Origin: Eledone cirrhosa
Taxonomy: Eukaryota
Length of the DNA: 64,000 nucleotides
Direction: 5' to 3'
Assembly: GCA_964016885.1 (NCBI GenBank)
Contig: OZ024740.1
Coordinates: 369,954,001-370,018,000, forward strand
A program made the translations under genes and the position numbers. The notes beneath the pieces were generated by a model, which had not been told where the DNA came from, did no database searches, and saw nothing but the letters and a program-made list of their open reading frames with translations. Below, one piece after another: positions 49,999 through 64,000 of the stretch; within the stretch, counting starts at the first letter, position 1; each line of letters opens with the position of its first letter.

Positions 49999-52600
49999 TT
50001 AAACCAGCCATTTCATTTCGCTTCTCTCTAATCGGTTGTTTATTTGCAGTTGCAGTTGTTTGATAAGAAGCGCTTCCTTAATACGTAACGTGCCGACGTT
50101 TCTTTCAGTCGCTAGAATTGTGACAATGGGCCTTCCGTCTTTGTTTCCGCATTTGTCTATGTGTTTCCGGAAAGACGAGGGCCTGGTTTTAGTGTGTTCC
50201 TTGATCCGAATGTGCAAAGGTCGGATTGTGCTACCTATGTAGTATTGTTTGCACCTGTCACATTCTATCTTATACACGACGTATGTGCGTAGGCAACAGT
50301 TAGCATGGCGTATCGGGCAGTCTCTGAGGGAGCATGCGTCAGTAGATTTTTCGGGTTTTCTGGAGAGGCATCTTCGCAGGGAGGGGCCCGAGTGGGCCAG
50401 GTGGATGTCGAGGCCCTCCCTTGCGGATAGCGTTGGTGGTTTTCTCGCCCAGGTGTGGCATTTTAAGGAAGCACTTGCCTTGGGTGATTCTCTGTCTCTT
50501 GCGTCTGGCGTCTCCTATTCTGTCTGTGATCGAGGTATGGTACCCGTTCGTCTCCAGCACCTCGAGGAATCGCTTGGTATAAGTGACACCACTGGCGGGA
50601 TCGCTGCATCTGTTTTTGATTCGCGCGATCTCGTTCGTGATGTATCCTCTTTTGGCACTGTTAGGGAGGGCGGACTTGTAGTGAACGAATAGGTCCCTGC
50701 AGGCTGCCTTTCTGTAGAAGTTGCAGTGGATCCCTCCTTGTTCCGTGATGTTGATTCGAAAGTCGAGGAGGGCAAGTGACCCGTCTTCGTTGGGGTGTTC
50801 AACACTGAAGTCAATGTTCTCGTCCGTGTTGTTGAACGTCTCATAGATTCTGTTCGCCGTGTCTTGGGAAGATGTGAGGATGAGGATATCGTCCACGTAT
50901 CTTGAGAAAAAGGCTACGGCGTTGGGGTGGCAGGCGTTGAGAGCCTTTCGTTCGAGGTTGTCCATGTAGGAGATCGCTAGCACACCTGATAGACTTGATC
51001 CCATGGGCAATCCCGAGGTTTGTTGGTATATTTGGTCAAGGAATCCGAAGTAGGTGTTGTCGACGACGATGGATAGGAGTTGGTGGATGTCAGTGGTGGT
51101 GAGCCCGAAGCAGTGTAGGTCGGTGGATTGGACGCGTTCCATTAGTATATTGACGGTCGGGAGTGCCGGGACCGAGGTGTAGAGAGCGACTACATCAAGG
51201 CTGAAGGCATATCTGTTATTCCTTCTGGTGTCGGGATCCATTTGATGCAGGCGCTTCAACACCTCCTCGGAGCTGTTAACGTGTCCCGGCAAGGTGTCTA
51301 AGATGGGTTTGAGTATTCTGGCTAGGAGCCATGAAATTTTGTAGAGTGGTCCCTCCACGCTCGATACGATGGGTCTGTTTTTCAGGTCGGGTCTCTGTTT
51401 GTGTGTTTTCACGAGGTGGTAGAAGGCGGGTAGTCTGCTGTTCCTCGTGAGGAGGTTGTATCTCAGCTTCTTCGGGAGCTTCCGCCGGTCGCAGATGTTG
51501 GTCCAGGCGGAGTTGATGTGTTCTTCTATCTGCGCGGGAGTGATTCCCGTGACCTTGGAGTAGAGGTTGTCATCGTCAAGGTGTTGGAGAGCCAGGGTGT
51601 TGTAGGCCTCTCAGCTGATGACGCAGAATTATTTTCCCTTGTCGGAGGGCAGATAGATGAGGTTCTTCGATTTTAGGTTGGAGAGAGTGGTGAGTTGAGA
51701 TTTGGTGAGGTTATGTGTTGTGCGTGTGTGTGTTTGTGAAGTATATCCGAGATAGCCTGATGAGTTTGGTGCCGAGTTCGTGGTTGGTGCGTGAGCGGTG
51801 GAGTGGGTTGTCGGGGTGGTAAGTGGGGAACTTGGGGTGGGTTGTGTCGGCGCTGTTATTATCTGTGGCGCTGTTGATAGCGGTCACCCATTTAAGTTGG
51901 TAAGCGGCTCGACAAAAGTTGGCCTCGATGTTGAGTTTGAGTCTGTCGTCGAGACGTTGTGTGACGATGAACTTAGGTCCGAGGTGTAGGAGTTTCAGCT
52001 CGTCGCTCGTGAGAGTGCCGGTTAGGTCGGTGACCAGGTGCGTCGCATCGTTGAGATATGGCTCGGTGCTGGTGGTAGCGGCGGTGGCGGTTGTCAAGTT
52101 GTTGTTTTCCACGTGGTTCTGGTCCGTCTGTTCGTTAGTACCGATGTTCTCGTTGTGGCGTTTAGACAAGATCCATTCATATTTTCGCTTGAGTCGTTTT
52201 TTCTCGTATTGCACTCTGGAGTGGTAGCACTGGTCGATTGCTTTAGTGATATTTAGGAGCAAGTCTCCGGGTGCTATTGGCAGTCGATGTGTCGGCTCTG
52301 AGAGTGTCCGCTTATGGAAGTGTAATTGGCGGTTGAGATGTCTCAGGATCTGTTTAATACACGTGCGATGTATGCGGTTAGTGGTGTTTTGGAAGGCTGG
52401 TGTACGTAGGCTTACTGGTAAGCGGATGTTCTTGATGGTGTTGGGGATGACATCGTTTTTTAGGCAGCGTTTCAGGAAAATTATTTGGCAGCCAGCGTTG
52501 GCCCATTTCTCCGACAGTCTAAACAGTTCCCTTACGGATGCAAACAATTCCTGGCTCAGGTGTAAGGATAAGAGAGTATTGAAGTTTGCTTGAATAAAAA
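49999..52600 (-). pseudogene. PLE reverse transcriptase plus GIY-YIG endonuclease, few disruptions
   Basis: FLKRCLKNDVIP, LPSDKG, KTHK..RPIVS, SLDVVALYTSV, QTSGLPMGSSLS, RYVDDIL, LLDF and VVYKIECDRCKQYYIGSTIRPLHIRIKEH. Confidence 0.93.
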
Positions 52601-53196
52601 AGTTTGCTTGAATAAAAAATATATATATATATATATATATATAAATATATATATCAGCACTATACAGATTTTGCTCTGACCCATGACTGGATTCCGCAGT
52701 TTTCATCCAAATATATTGGTTAGCCAGATTCCATTGTTGTCGATAACTGTGTATAATGGGATTGAATGCGAACTGACGTGGTTCCTGAGCGAACCTCTTA
52801 AACATACATCGCATACCGAGCAGGAACTTTCTATATTAATTTACAATTGTGTAGCAAATAATCATCTATGTACATTTAATTGTGAAGAAATATCGATCCT
52901 TTCGATATGCGATATTTTATAATATCACATTAATAAAATTCATAATTGGTATGTTGAAACTAATGTTGATAAGTTGGATCCGAACCTGAAGATTCGAAAG
53001 AAACATAAATCTCGATGGATTTAAGTTTGCAATGCATCAATTTAAGTTCTATATTATTTGTGTCATGAATTGCGATTGCATCAATGACTTATCGCGTGTT
53101 GTTGCTACTTGAGGAAATATGAGAAATTGCACTGACATCTCAATACCAGTATTTTCCCTTTCATTTGCATGATTGATAAGCATTAATATCGAGACT

Positions 53197-53388
53197 GGGC
53201 GGTGGATTGGTAGTATCGGTAGTGGGTCGGACACCATGCTTTCCACCAGAGTTACCCCCCTTTACGGTATGAGTTCAAATCCCGCCGAGGTTAACTTTGC
53301 CTTTCATCCTTATGGGATCGATAAAATGAAGTACCAGTAATTCACTGGGATAATTGCTGGCCTTGTCCCAAAATTAGAACCAATTATA
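53197..53388 (+). mobile_element. SINE copy (short form)
   Basis: GGCGGTGGATTGGTAGTATCGG head, GAGTTCAAATCC, core and tail. Confidence 0.88.
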
Positions 53389-55204
53389 TTATGGCCATAT
53401 TAGGTAGTTCCAACCCTCCATTTGTTTCGTACTTGCCCGATGGACAAACTGTTGAATTATTCGTATGGGAATTTTACGAGAGGGAAAGAAACCACATTAA
53501 CCATCACATAATAAGAAATAATTTAGTTATAACATTTTAAAAACGTTTGAAATAAATTAAGTATTGATGAAAAAGATAGGAAATTATTTTATTTCTGTTT
53601 GCCTGGTGCCTACCTAAGAAAGTCTAGTTCTCATTTGTTTTTTAAAAATTGTTTTCTACGATCATTATTATTATCATTATTATTATCATTATTATTATCA
53701 TTATTTTTTTTATTTTTTTTTAGATGTTGTATGAGAAAAATATCATTTGACCTCGTTCGGACAATCATTTTAATGTGTAAATTGTATAGGCTGCAAGATA
53801 AATAATGATAGTTGCATTAAAAACGCTTATTTAAAGAGACATCTGGAAGCATCTTCGTCAATAAACATCAAAATTCTCAGTGATTATTAAAGATAAACAA
53901 ATCGTAAATTGAAAACACAAAGCTTCTATTTGCTATATCACAACAGTGTTTTCTATATAGTTTTCAAATTATATCCGCTGAATATTTTTGAAGACATTAA
54001 CGAATGGTGTTTGTTGTGCTATACAGAAGTAATAAACAGCATTCGTCAAACACAAAATAATTTAGAATGATGTATTGTTACATCTAATACAGTATTTTAA
54101 AAAATAAGTGAATAATAACGAAGACAAAGACTCTACTTTAAATTATCTCTAACAGACGAGAGCTAGCTCGAAGCATAGAATGTATTGCAATGATTTGCTA
54201 TATTCAGCGTCATATCACGTTATAAAAAAAATAAAACCATAAATATAGATCATTGCCTAAATTTATACACATTGGGTATTTAAACACATCCTTACTTCCG
54301 AGAAATCTTAAGTAAATTGTTTAATGCCTGTAATAAAGATAAGATTTGATTACATCGTGTTTTCTGTTTCATCTGTTTCAAGACGTTTCGGTGAATGTGT
54401 GGTTTATTTAAGACTGTCGATTACATACAAAGGTTTTTCTGAAAACATATAACGCTTAGAATACATAACATCTATTGAATCCACTCTATTACGTTAATGT
54501 TATTTATGTTACCGGTTAATTTAAAAACCATAGATTTCTGTTATTGATTCTAGAAATTGTAGAGAATATCAGATACAGATTAAGAATCTTTTTAGTTTCA
54601 ACTTACTATTTAAAGTTATGTACATTCTCATATGTCACTAACATTAAGAATTTGTGAATTTTAAAATAACTGATATCTACCTACACTGAAACACAAAACT
54701 CCCGTGCACTGTTAGAGAGGAAGTAATTCATGATAGCACACAGATTGCATATATGAATGACGGGGTAGCCAAATGTAATCCAAAATACTTACTTTTCCTT
54801 TTAAGTAACGGAGTCTGTATGTTACGTCTACAAGCGACAATATATAAGTATTAGTCAATTACCGGAGTCGATGTAGAATTGATTGGTATAGAGTTTCTAA
54901 TAGCCTTTATCTGCAATATTCTTCTGGCTCTGACTAAGTATAACGCTACAACTAATTATTAAAATCGAAGTGATAATCTAAAACACACAAAACATTTATG
55001 ATATTCGTATGTCAGTTGACAGAGAGACACATAAGCGGAATCGAAAGCAGTTTGTTATAATGCAACATTTATATCATTGGTAAGATTGATAAATATTTCT
55101 AATTGGGTTAGATATATTTTGTTGGGATCCGCAACTCCATTTCCTTCCATAGTTTAGATTGTTTATCTACTGACGTAAAGTAATGTATTAAAATACTAAC
55201 ACTT

Positions 55205-55350
55205 AATTTTTTCTACTTTAGACACAAGGCCAGCAATTTGAAGGGGTTGGGAAAGTGGATTAAATCGACCTCAGTACTTTACCGGTGCGTTATGTTATTG
55301 ACTCCGTAAGGATGAAATGCAAAGCTAAGCAAGACGGGGTTTGAAACTGA
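55205..55350 (-). mobile_element. SINE copy (long form, head missing)
   Basis: Reverse complement of the core and tail. Confidence 0.75.
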
Positions 55351-55354
55351 CTCT

Positions 55355-55545
55355 TAATAATTGCTTCTAATTTTGGCACAAGGCCAGCAATTACTCCAGT
55401 GCATTACTGATACTTTATTTTATCGACCTCGTAAGGATGAAATGCAAAGTTAACCTCGTCGGGATTTGAACTCAGACAACAAAGGAACGTAACTCTATGC
55501 TGCAAAGCATGGCGTCCGACCCTCTACCGATACTGCCAATCCACG
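55355..55545 (-). mobile_element. SINE copy (short form)
   Basis: Head, core and tail on the minus strand, closely similar to 17185-17370. Confidence 0.88.
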
Positions 55546-56471
55546 GAAATGTGGCTAGAGTAAAAGATTACACAATGAATGTATTCGAACGCTTAAAAAC
55601 TAAGACTTTAAAATAAACATGGTATCTCTACTGTTATAGCTAGTAAAACTATTTGTTCATGTGTTAGCAGATCACAAGGCCACATGCACTATTACAGCAT
55701 GCAGTAGATAGAATAAATATGTGTATATTTCATGGAAATATGTTATAGCTAAATGCGACATGGATGACATATGCATATACAAAACGCAGACAGAATACTC
55801 TAAATGGTACAACCTTAAATAAATCACGGTCGTCGTAGAATTTTGCCAACGTGTAAGACTAAAGTTCATTACAATTATGAAACGTGTGAAAAGGTTTAAA
55901 GTGTTTCCGGCAATCATTTTCTCAGCAAAGAGATTATTTTAGCTTCTGGCTATTATTTACATTGATTTGTTAAGCTGTCTCTTATTATTATGAATATCAA
56001 ATAGTTTTCGAATAAAGGGCCAAACGGAAGACCGGTGTTTTCTGAGTTAATTAAACATATAATCAATTAAACGTCAATATTTTATGCTGAGGCGTTTATG
56101 GACAAATAGCTAGAAGAGATATTTAAATTCATTGTACATACACGCACATACACAAACTAACACCCACATGTATGTACATATATTTATGTGTGTGCGTGCG
56201 CCTGTGTTTGTGTGTGCGTATATATATATGTGCACGTACATCAAACGGAAAACTAAACACAGTACAATGAAGAAATATATTCGTTTAACCCTTGCTATAG
56301 TAGGGAAAGAGTCTTTATGTTTCGGAAACTAGTCCTTCATTAGAGGATAGAATGAGCAATTAAAAAAATAAATAAAAAGATATAGAGTGTGGAGAGGAAG
56401 GAACGGAAAGCAATTTGAGAAAAAGCACGTGGTAATTCAGTCAGCTATTTTGGGGGGAAACATATAATATT

Positions 56472-56528
56472 AGTACCAGTAATGTACTGGGTAATTGCTG
56501 GCCTTGTGCCAAAAGTAGAAACAATTAT
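56472..56528 (+). mobile_element. SINE 3' fragment
   Basis: AGTACCAGTAATGTACTGGGTAATTGCTGGCCTTGTGCCAAAAGTAGAAACAATTAT. Confidence 0.8.
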
Positions 56529-57949
56529 ATATATAATATATATATATATATGTGTTAGTGTGTGTTAGAGAGTATATCGAGAGAGAGAGGTAGGGACAGG
56601 CAGACAGACAAACAGAGATTGCTAGATTGATAGATACATGTGCCTTCTTTTAATTTCAAAAACTTCACAATACGTCGAAGCAATTCCTTCTCTCTATACG
56701 TTGTGCAACATCGTTTCGCAGACACTACTAATTACTATAATATATCTTTGGATTGCCAGGATAAGTGTGTAGTAAGAACATTTTGGGGTTCAATCACTTT
56801 GTTGATTTTCTTTGCGACAATAAGTCAGAGCAGCAAATTAAAAATAATTTCAAAATCTATCACGTTCATTATTTAAATTGCACTTAAACGCATTTGTAAT
56901 ACTTTTATCTAGGATAAAATTGGAATTATATTTCTAGTAGAAAGAAGTCTTCGGCAGATATGATCTCCCCCAAAGAGCTCTGTATGAAAGAGAGATTCCA
57001 TTCTTTAAAATTTCTTTCGTTGTTGCTATGTAACCGAAAACCGTCATTGATTTACTGTAGTTATGTTGCCTAAGATGTTCCAAACATGTAGTCATTTCGT
57101 TGTCGAAGTAAAATGTACTTTAGATTACATTATTGTGAAACATTCTTTTGTGACAGTGGTGTTCCGTTTGCTTTAGATTAAAGTCGTATACGAAATAACT
57201 TTCAATTACGCATCCTTTTCGAGTAAACGAATTCAGTAAACGAAAATTGGTCTTCCGAACATAAATATCATTTCAGTTTCAATAAAACAGAGTTAAACTT
57301 AATAGTTTATTTTTTATGATGTCTCTGTAACTGTCATGGAAATAGTTTAACCACATTATTCACAAGGAAATAGCTTAGATTTTAAAACTATTATACATCC
57401 GTGTATATCAAGAACGGTCTCACAGAACTCCAACCTGTCCCAACATGTAATTTTGCGACGTGATCTTGTAGTTGCATTCAATATTCTTTCTCTACATACT
57501 GAGAGAATAGAGAACTTGGATAGGTGTAATGATAGAAGACTTAGGCAACAAGTTGAAAGGTTCGAGTTACGTACACTTTCAAATATGCCTAAGACATAGA
57601 CCCCCTCAGATATATCTACCAATATTTATATAATTGAATAATTTGGGGATTGCGTATCGTTTTACAATTATATCTATCTGCCTGTATTAGTTATTTTACA
57701 CACAGGAGAGATACAGAATCAATATATATATATATATACACTAATAAGCATTTTACCATATTTGTGAGAATAGGATATATTTTACTGCATGTGTTTCTTA
57801 TATATTTTTGTTCAATCCAAGTAGTTATCATCACTGAAAATCGTAATATTATCGAGATTGATATATATATTTGTAACAATACGAACTAGTATTGACACGT
57901 CAATAGAAATTCAAGCAAGAGTACACAACACAACAGAACGCGAGTCCGC

Positions 57950-58790
57950 CTGTGAGACGTGGGACTTAGCCCAGTAGACGTCCCCCCTCCTTCACCCCCT
58001 GTTGACGTCAAATCTCCCCAATGCACTTGGGATGCCATCCAGTGCAGCCTGGCCTCAGACAGGCTCACGCTCCAGCTCGACCAGCACCGCCTTGCTTGTT
58101 TCTTGCGGCCTCCAAACCCCACAGCTCCATGCCCTGCCCTCCTTATCCACTGGCACGCAGCTAGACAACCATAGCCTGCGAATCGGCGTTTTCCTGAGGC
58201 TCCCCTCCGGATATGCCAGCCACACCAATGTCGCTGCCGTTCCACCATGGACTCTTTGGGCCTCCACCCGCTTTCCTGTCGCCACAGTGCCATTCCAAGC
58301 CATGCTGCCCTCAACGAGGTCATTAAGCATGGCTTGGATGCTGCAGGCTTCCCTTCCAGCTCGAGCCGGTGGGGCTGGATCGAGGGGACGGCAAATGACC
58401 ATCTTCCCGTTCCGCGGTGGCAAACCCCTTGTCTGGGATGCCACTTGCACCGACACTTTCTGCAGCTGCAACCTTGCGCAGTCTGCGACTGACCCAGGTT
58501 CTGCTGCACGTCGAGCTGAGGGGGCCAAACTCCTCAAATACCGGTCACTCTCCGACAGGTTTACGGTCGTACCCCTGGCAGTGGAGACTTCTGGTGTCCT
58601 CGGCCCCAGGGCTACCTCCTTACTCACCACCATAGGCGCTGAGTTGGCCAGCCGCAGGTGTGAGCCCCGCGAGTTGGAGTGGCTTTTCCAGCGCGTTTCC
58701 CTTGCCGTCCTCCGCGGAAATGCCTTCTCCATTCTGTCCGCCGGGGCTGTGGGTGGGCCCCATCGCGTACCGTTGTAGTTGTTGTATACA
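57950..58790 (+). mobile_element. CRE-clade non-LTR retrotransposon, 3' fragment (zinc finger plus RLE endonuclease)
   Basis: GC-rich island encoding LDNHSLRIGVFLRL, GLHPLSC, FPFRGGKPLVWDATCTDT, KYRSL..FTVVPLAVETSG and WLFQRVSLAVLRGNA. Confidence 0.85.
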
Positions 58791-59602
58791 GATATTAACT
58801 CATCAATCCTATTGTCCTAATATGCATGCACTTAGAACAGGAGTACCTTAACCAAAATGACGTATTATCTTCAATTGTTCCGTTCATTGCCAGAGACCGT
58901 CTCCATGAATGAAATGTTTATAGGAAACTTCAAGAAAGTCAATTAAATTGAAGAAAAATAAGTGAAAACAAAATTTGTGTTTAGATTTGGTCAAGAAAAG
59001 AACATTTCCACTTGTGATTTTTTTTTTTTTTTTTTTAAAGAGAAGGCGATCAGTATAAACTTTGGTATTCAGAATTTAATCAAGTAGAAGTGAGATTTTT
59101 TTGGCGTTGAAACTAACACTTCAATTCGCGTGAAGAATATTTTACAAATTGTAAATCATTTTTCGTAATTAGTCTTTCATAACAAAATATAATTTGAAAC
59201 GTGATCACCATCAATAAAAGCATATGTGCTAAAGGGATATAAAGCTGGCGCTGAAAAGATGATAACTATCCAGTTCAGGTTTTATGATAATAGGTTTCAA
59301 TCAAATTTTTAGAATTACATATCAGTGAATTCTTGCAAATGAAGCAAAATATTTAAAATGTTCAAATAAACTACCCCAGACAGTCAACTAATTAAGCTAC
59401 AGGCGAATAGATAGTTGGAAGATGAATGATATCAAACACTAATGATATCAAAGAGTTACATTATTTGCGTTTAGAATTAATATAAATGAAATAATGAACC
59501 AATAGAGAAAAAAGGAGAACCAAAACAAAACAGCGAATCCAGAACACACAAATTCAATATGGTATACGAGATTAATCTCTCTCTCTCTCTCCCTCTTTCT
59601 CG

Positions 59603-59671
<69 letters not shown>

Positions 59672-59733
59672 CCTATCTCTATCTATCTATCTGTCTATCT
59701 ATCTCTATCTCAATCTCTCCCTCTCTAACTATC

Positions 59734-59776
<43 letters not shown>

Positions 59777-60116
59777 TTTCATCTCAACATATATATACCT
59801 GCTTAAACAATGTGTCACACAGCCACTCAGTGAGACCGTTATGGTTACATGTTCCTGGAGAATGCTCAGCATAGTTCAACTGTATTTCACAAGCAGGTTG
59901 AACCTAGGTTCGAACGGGAACATTCATTGCCGGAGTCGGAACGGACTGAGGATTAAACACACACATAGATGGAAAGAATGAAACTTATGTTTTTCGTTTT
60001 GCGGTAAATACTGAATTTCTGAATATAGCTGATTATGTGACACGCGAGACATTCGTAATCTATAATTACAATCCGTAATATACACAAAACATAAAAAATT
60101 GACATATCCTAAAGCA

Positions 60117-61650
<1,534 letters not shown>

Positions 61651-61783
61651 TCCACTATCATATATATAACCCCACTATCAGGCTAAAATTTCTTTAGTCA
61701 AAAATACGGCGAGAGCTTATATTTCTAATTTCAAACTCACTTGCTTTTTAAACTCACTTGCTTTTTAAAAACACACACATATA

Positions 61784-62452
61784 TATCTATCTATCTATCT
61801 AAGGCGGGTAAAATTCCCGAGATCCATGGAAGAGTTCTCTCCAGCGGTCTCTGTCCCTCATTATCTCTGCCATGTCCTGCATCTCTAACAAACCAGTGTC
61901 TGTCCTTAGAGCATCAACATACGTTAACCTTGGTCTTCCTCTTCTAGTGTGTCCATGTAGGGGCTCCGAAAGGAGCACTGAGTGCAATGTCAACTCTGGA
62001 TGTCGGTGAGCATGTCCATCTAACCTCAGTCTCCTCTGTGTCACTTTTGAGCTGACTTTGGGGATGCTCCCATACAGCTCTGAGTTTTTCATCCTCAGTG
62101 TATACTGATTAATGTTCAGAGCCATCCTCAGCATTTTCGTGTAGCACCCATCCACCATCTGAGTGAGTTTCTTGGTCAGTGTCCAAGTCTCAGACCCATA
62201 CAGCAGCACAGACTCCACTACAGCAATGAAGTAGCTATTCTGGTCGGGAATGTTGAGAAGCCAGAGGGGATCACTAATGTAGGCGGGAAGCCGCTGGAAT
62301 TGGTTGAGGACTTCCTGTATTTGGGAGCAAAGATTAGGAATACGGAAGATGATGTGGTTGAGAGGAGGAGCAAGGCCTGGGCGGCGTGCCACAGCTTCAA
62401 ATCGGTGTGGAAGTCGGACCATCGTAGAGACCTGAAACTCCGCCTCTTCATT
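61784..62452 (-). mobile_element. RTE-like LINE 3' end with an inverted 5' segment and (TAGA)n tail
   Basis: Minus 62231-61799 encodes IAVVESVLLYGSETWTLT...RRLRLDGHAHRHPE...RGRP. Plus 62233-62452 encodes VEDFLYLGA...KAWAACHSFKSVWKS..LKLRLF. Confidence 0.88.
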
Positions 62453-62676
62453 ACACACACAGACATATATATATATATATATACTTGTATGTATGTAGGG
62501 AGAATCAAAGTAGGCTTTCTTTAGAAACGGGTAGCGAATTAGAAAATTAGGTAGTAACATGAGCTTACGCCGTATTTGACTAAATAGAATTAGTCAGTTA
62601 GTTGGGATTTTCAAAAACACTCCAAATGGAAATATACATATATACATACATGCACCACACACGCGCAGACCCAGAC

Positions 62677-62794
<118 letters not shown>

Positions 62795-62925
62795 TTATAT
62801 ATATATATATACACATGAAGGCGGCCGACCGGACTAGAAATTGCTAAATGTGTGGCCTCCTTCTTGTCTCTCTGTCTTTTCAGCCCCATAGACTGTGTCT
62901 ACTTTATTCCTTTGTTAAATTTCGA

Positions 62926-62982
62926 ATACCTGATGATGTTACCGGATTCATACTGAAGCGGTCATTGTAATGTTCATAGTAT
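62926..62982 (+). ncRNA. Degenerate type-I hammerhead motif (solo PLE pLTR)
   Basis: ATAC-CTGATGA-stem II (ACCG...CGGT)-GTAA (GAAA mutated)-TGTTCA-TA-GTAT, then AATAAA. Confidence 0.55.
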
Positions 62983-63037
62983 AATAAACTAATAAACTTT
63001 TAAGGAATTACACCACGTCAGCCTCCTGTTATTTTAT

Positions 63038-63075
<38 letters not shown>

Positions 63076-63534
63076 AAATTGAGGTTGGTAATGGCACATG
63101 GAATATATAAGAGACAGAATACTTTTTTGTGAAAAAACATAATTTTATAAGGTAAGGAAATAATAAAGGGCATAAAAAATGACCGGTTTCGATGGGTCTG
63201 CAAAAGCCATCTTTTCAAATGTTGATTAATATTAAGAAAAATTAATAATACGAAGAGTTAAAATTTGAGATTTGAAAATTCAAGTATAAAATTCAGTGTG
63301 GGATTTCATAGCAGTTTTCATCTTGGTAGCAGCAAGTTGACTGCTGTGTGCCTTTCTGGTAGTGAATGAGGAGTTATTTGGGGTGTGGGTTATTTTATAA
63401 AGGTCAGATTTAGCAATCGCCAACTGGCCAGCTGCTGGTCAGTGAGGGGGTGGAAGCAATATACATACACATATCTTCCTGTGGTGGGTAGGAGAGTGGA
63501 GCGTGATAGAAAGGGATTTAGTGCACTTACACCT

Positions 63535-63676
63535 ATATATACACACATACCTTCATCCACACATACATATACATATACATATACATATATATATATATAT
63601 ATATACTTATACACACATACATACACACACACATACATATACATACACACATACACACACACGCATATATACACAT

Positions 63677-63722
<46 letters not shown>

Positions 63723-63985
63723 CCACACATACATACACGCACACACACATATATATACATACACACATACAAACATACACACACACACACATATATATAC
63801 ACATACACACACATATATATACACACACACACACACGCATATATATATATATACATATACACATACGCATACATACAGATACACACATACATACACACAC
63901 ACACACGCGCACACACAATACATACACCCACACACAGAGAAATGGCCTCCAAATATATATATATATATATATACATACAGACACA
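63535..63985. repeat. Compound (CA)n/(TA)n microsatellite
   Basis: Read directly from the sequence. Confidence 0.95.
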
Positions 63986-64000
63986 TATTTTTTCCATAAT

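Larger units (their letters stand above)
49314..52620 (-). mobile_element. Penelope-like element (Penelope/Poseidon type), near full length with 3' pLTR
   Basis: RT plus GIY-YIG ORF, then a downstream pLTR with a hammerhead-like motif and ATTAAA. Confidence 0.9.

Noticed and set aside
52620-52814. N-terminal extension of the 367-aa ORF
   Set aside because: It lies outside the PLE across a (TA)n tract and is chance read-through.
52982-53020. CTGAAGA-TTC-GAAA
   Set aside because: There is no room for stem II and no stem I or III pairing.
57356-57622. Possible hAT dimerisation-domain remnant
   Set aside because: Similarity is limited to an ER-containing stretch and is too weak to call.
59820-59955. 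Possible second tRNA-derived SINE on the minus strand (GTTCGAACC B-box)
   Set aside because: A single decayed copy with no clear A-box or tail, and no tRNA cloverleaf.
61799-62560. 253-aa ORF as a single protein
   Set aside because: Only the C-terminal half is real coding sequence; the rest is antisense of the inverted segment and flank.

Overview
Repeat-saturated, AT-rich animal genomic DNA. A coleoid cephalopod such as Octopus is inferred from the SINE family and the microsatellite load; this is not proven. I recognise no host protein-coding exon and no rRNA, tRNA or CRISPR. Every convincing coding segment belongs to a transposable element. These include three Tx1-clade L1 retrotransposons sitting in (GATA)n or (ATT)n microsatellites, three R4/Dong-like remnants, two Helitrons with recognisable termini, and one near-complete plus several fragmentary Penelope-like elements (PLEs). 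There are also a CRE-clade fragment, a 5'-inverted RTE-like copy, a decayed Chapaev3-like transposase and about ten tRNA-derived Deu/Nin-domain SINE copies. The most notable observations are: (i) a consensus 5' splice site (G|GTAAGT) overlapping the ORF1 stop codon in all three divergent Tx1 elements; (ii) microsatellite-specific targeting that differs between Tx1 subfamilies; (iii) a gap-free resemblance between the SINE 3' end and the Tx1 3' end; (iv) up to six type-I hammerhead ribozyme motifs, from intact to heavily decayed; (v) a 280-nt rod-like hairpin and other foldback structures. Alignments and folds were done by eye, so boundaries of decayed elements are approximate.
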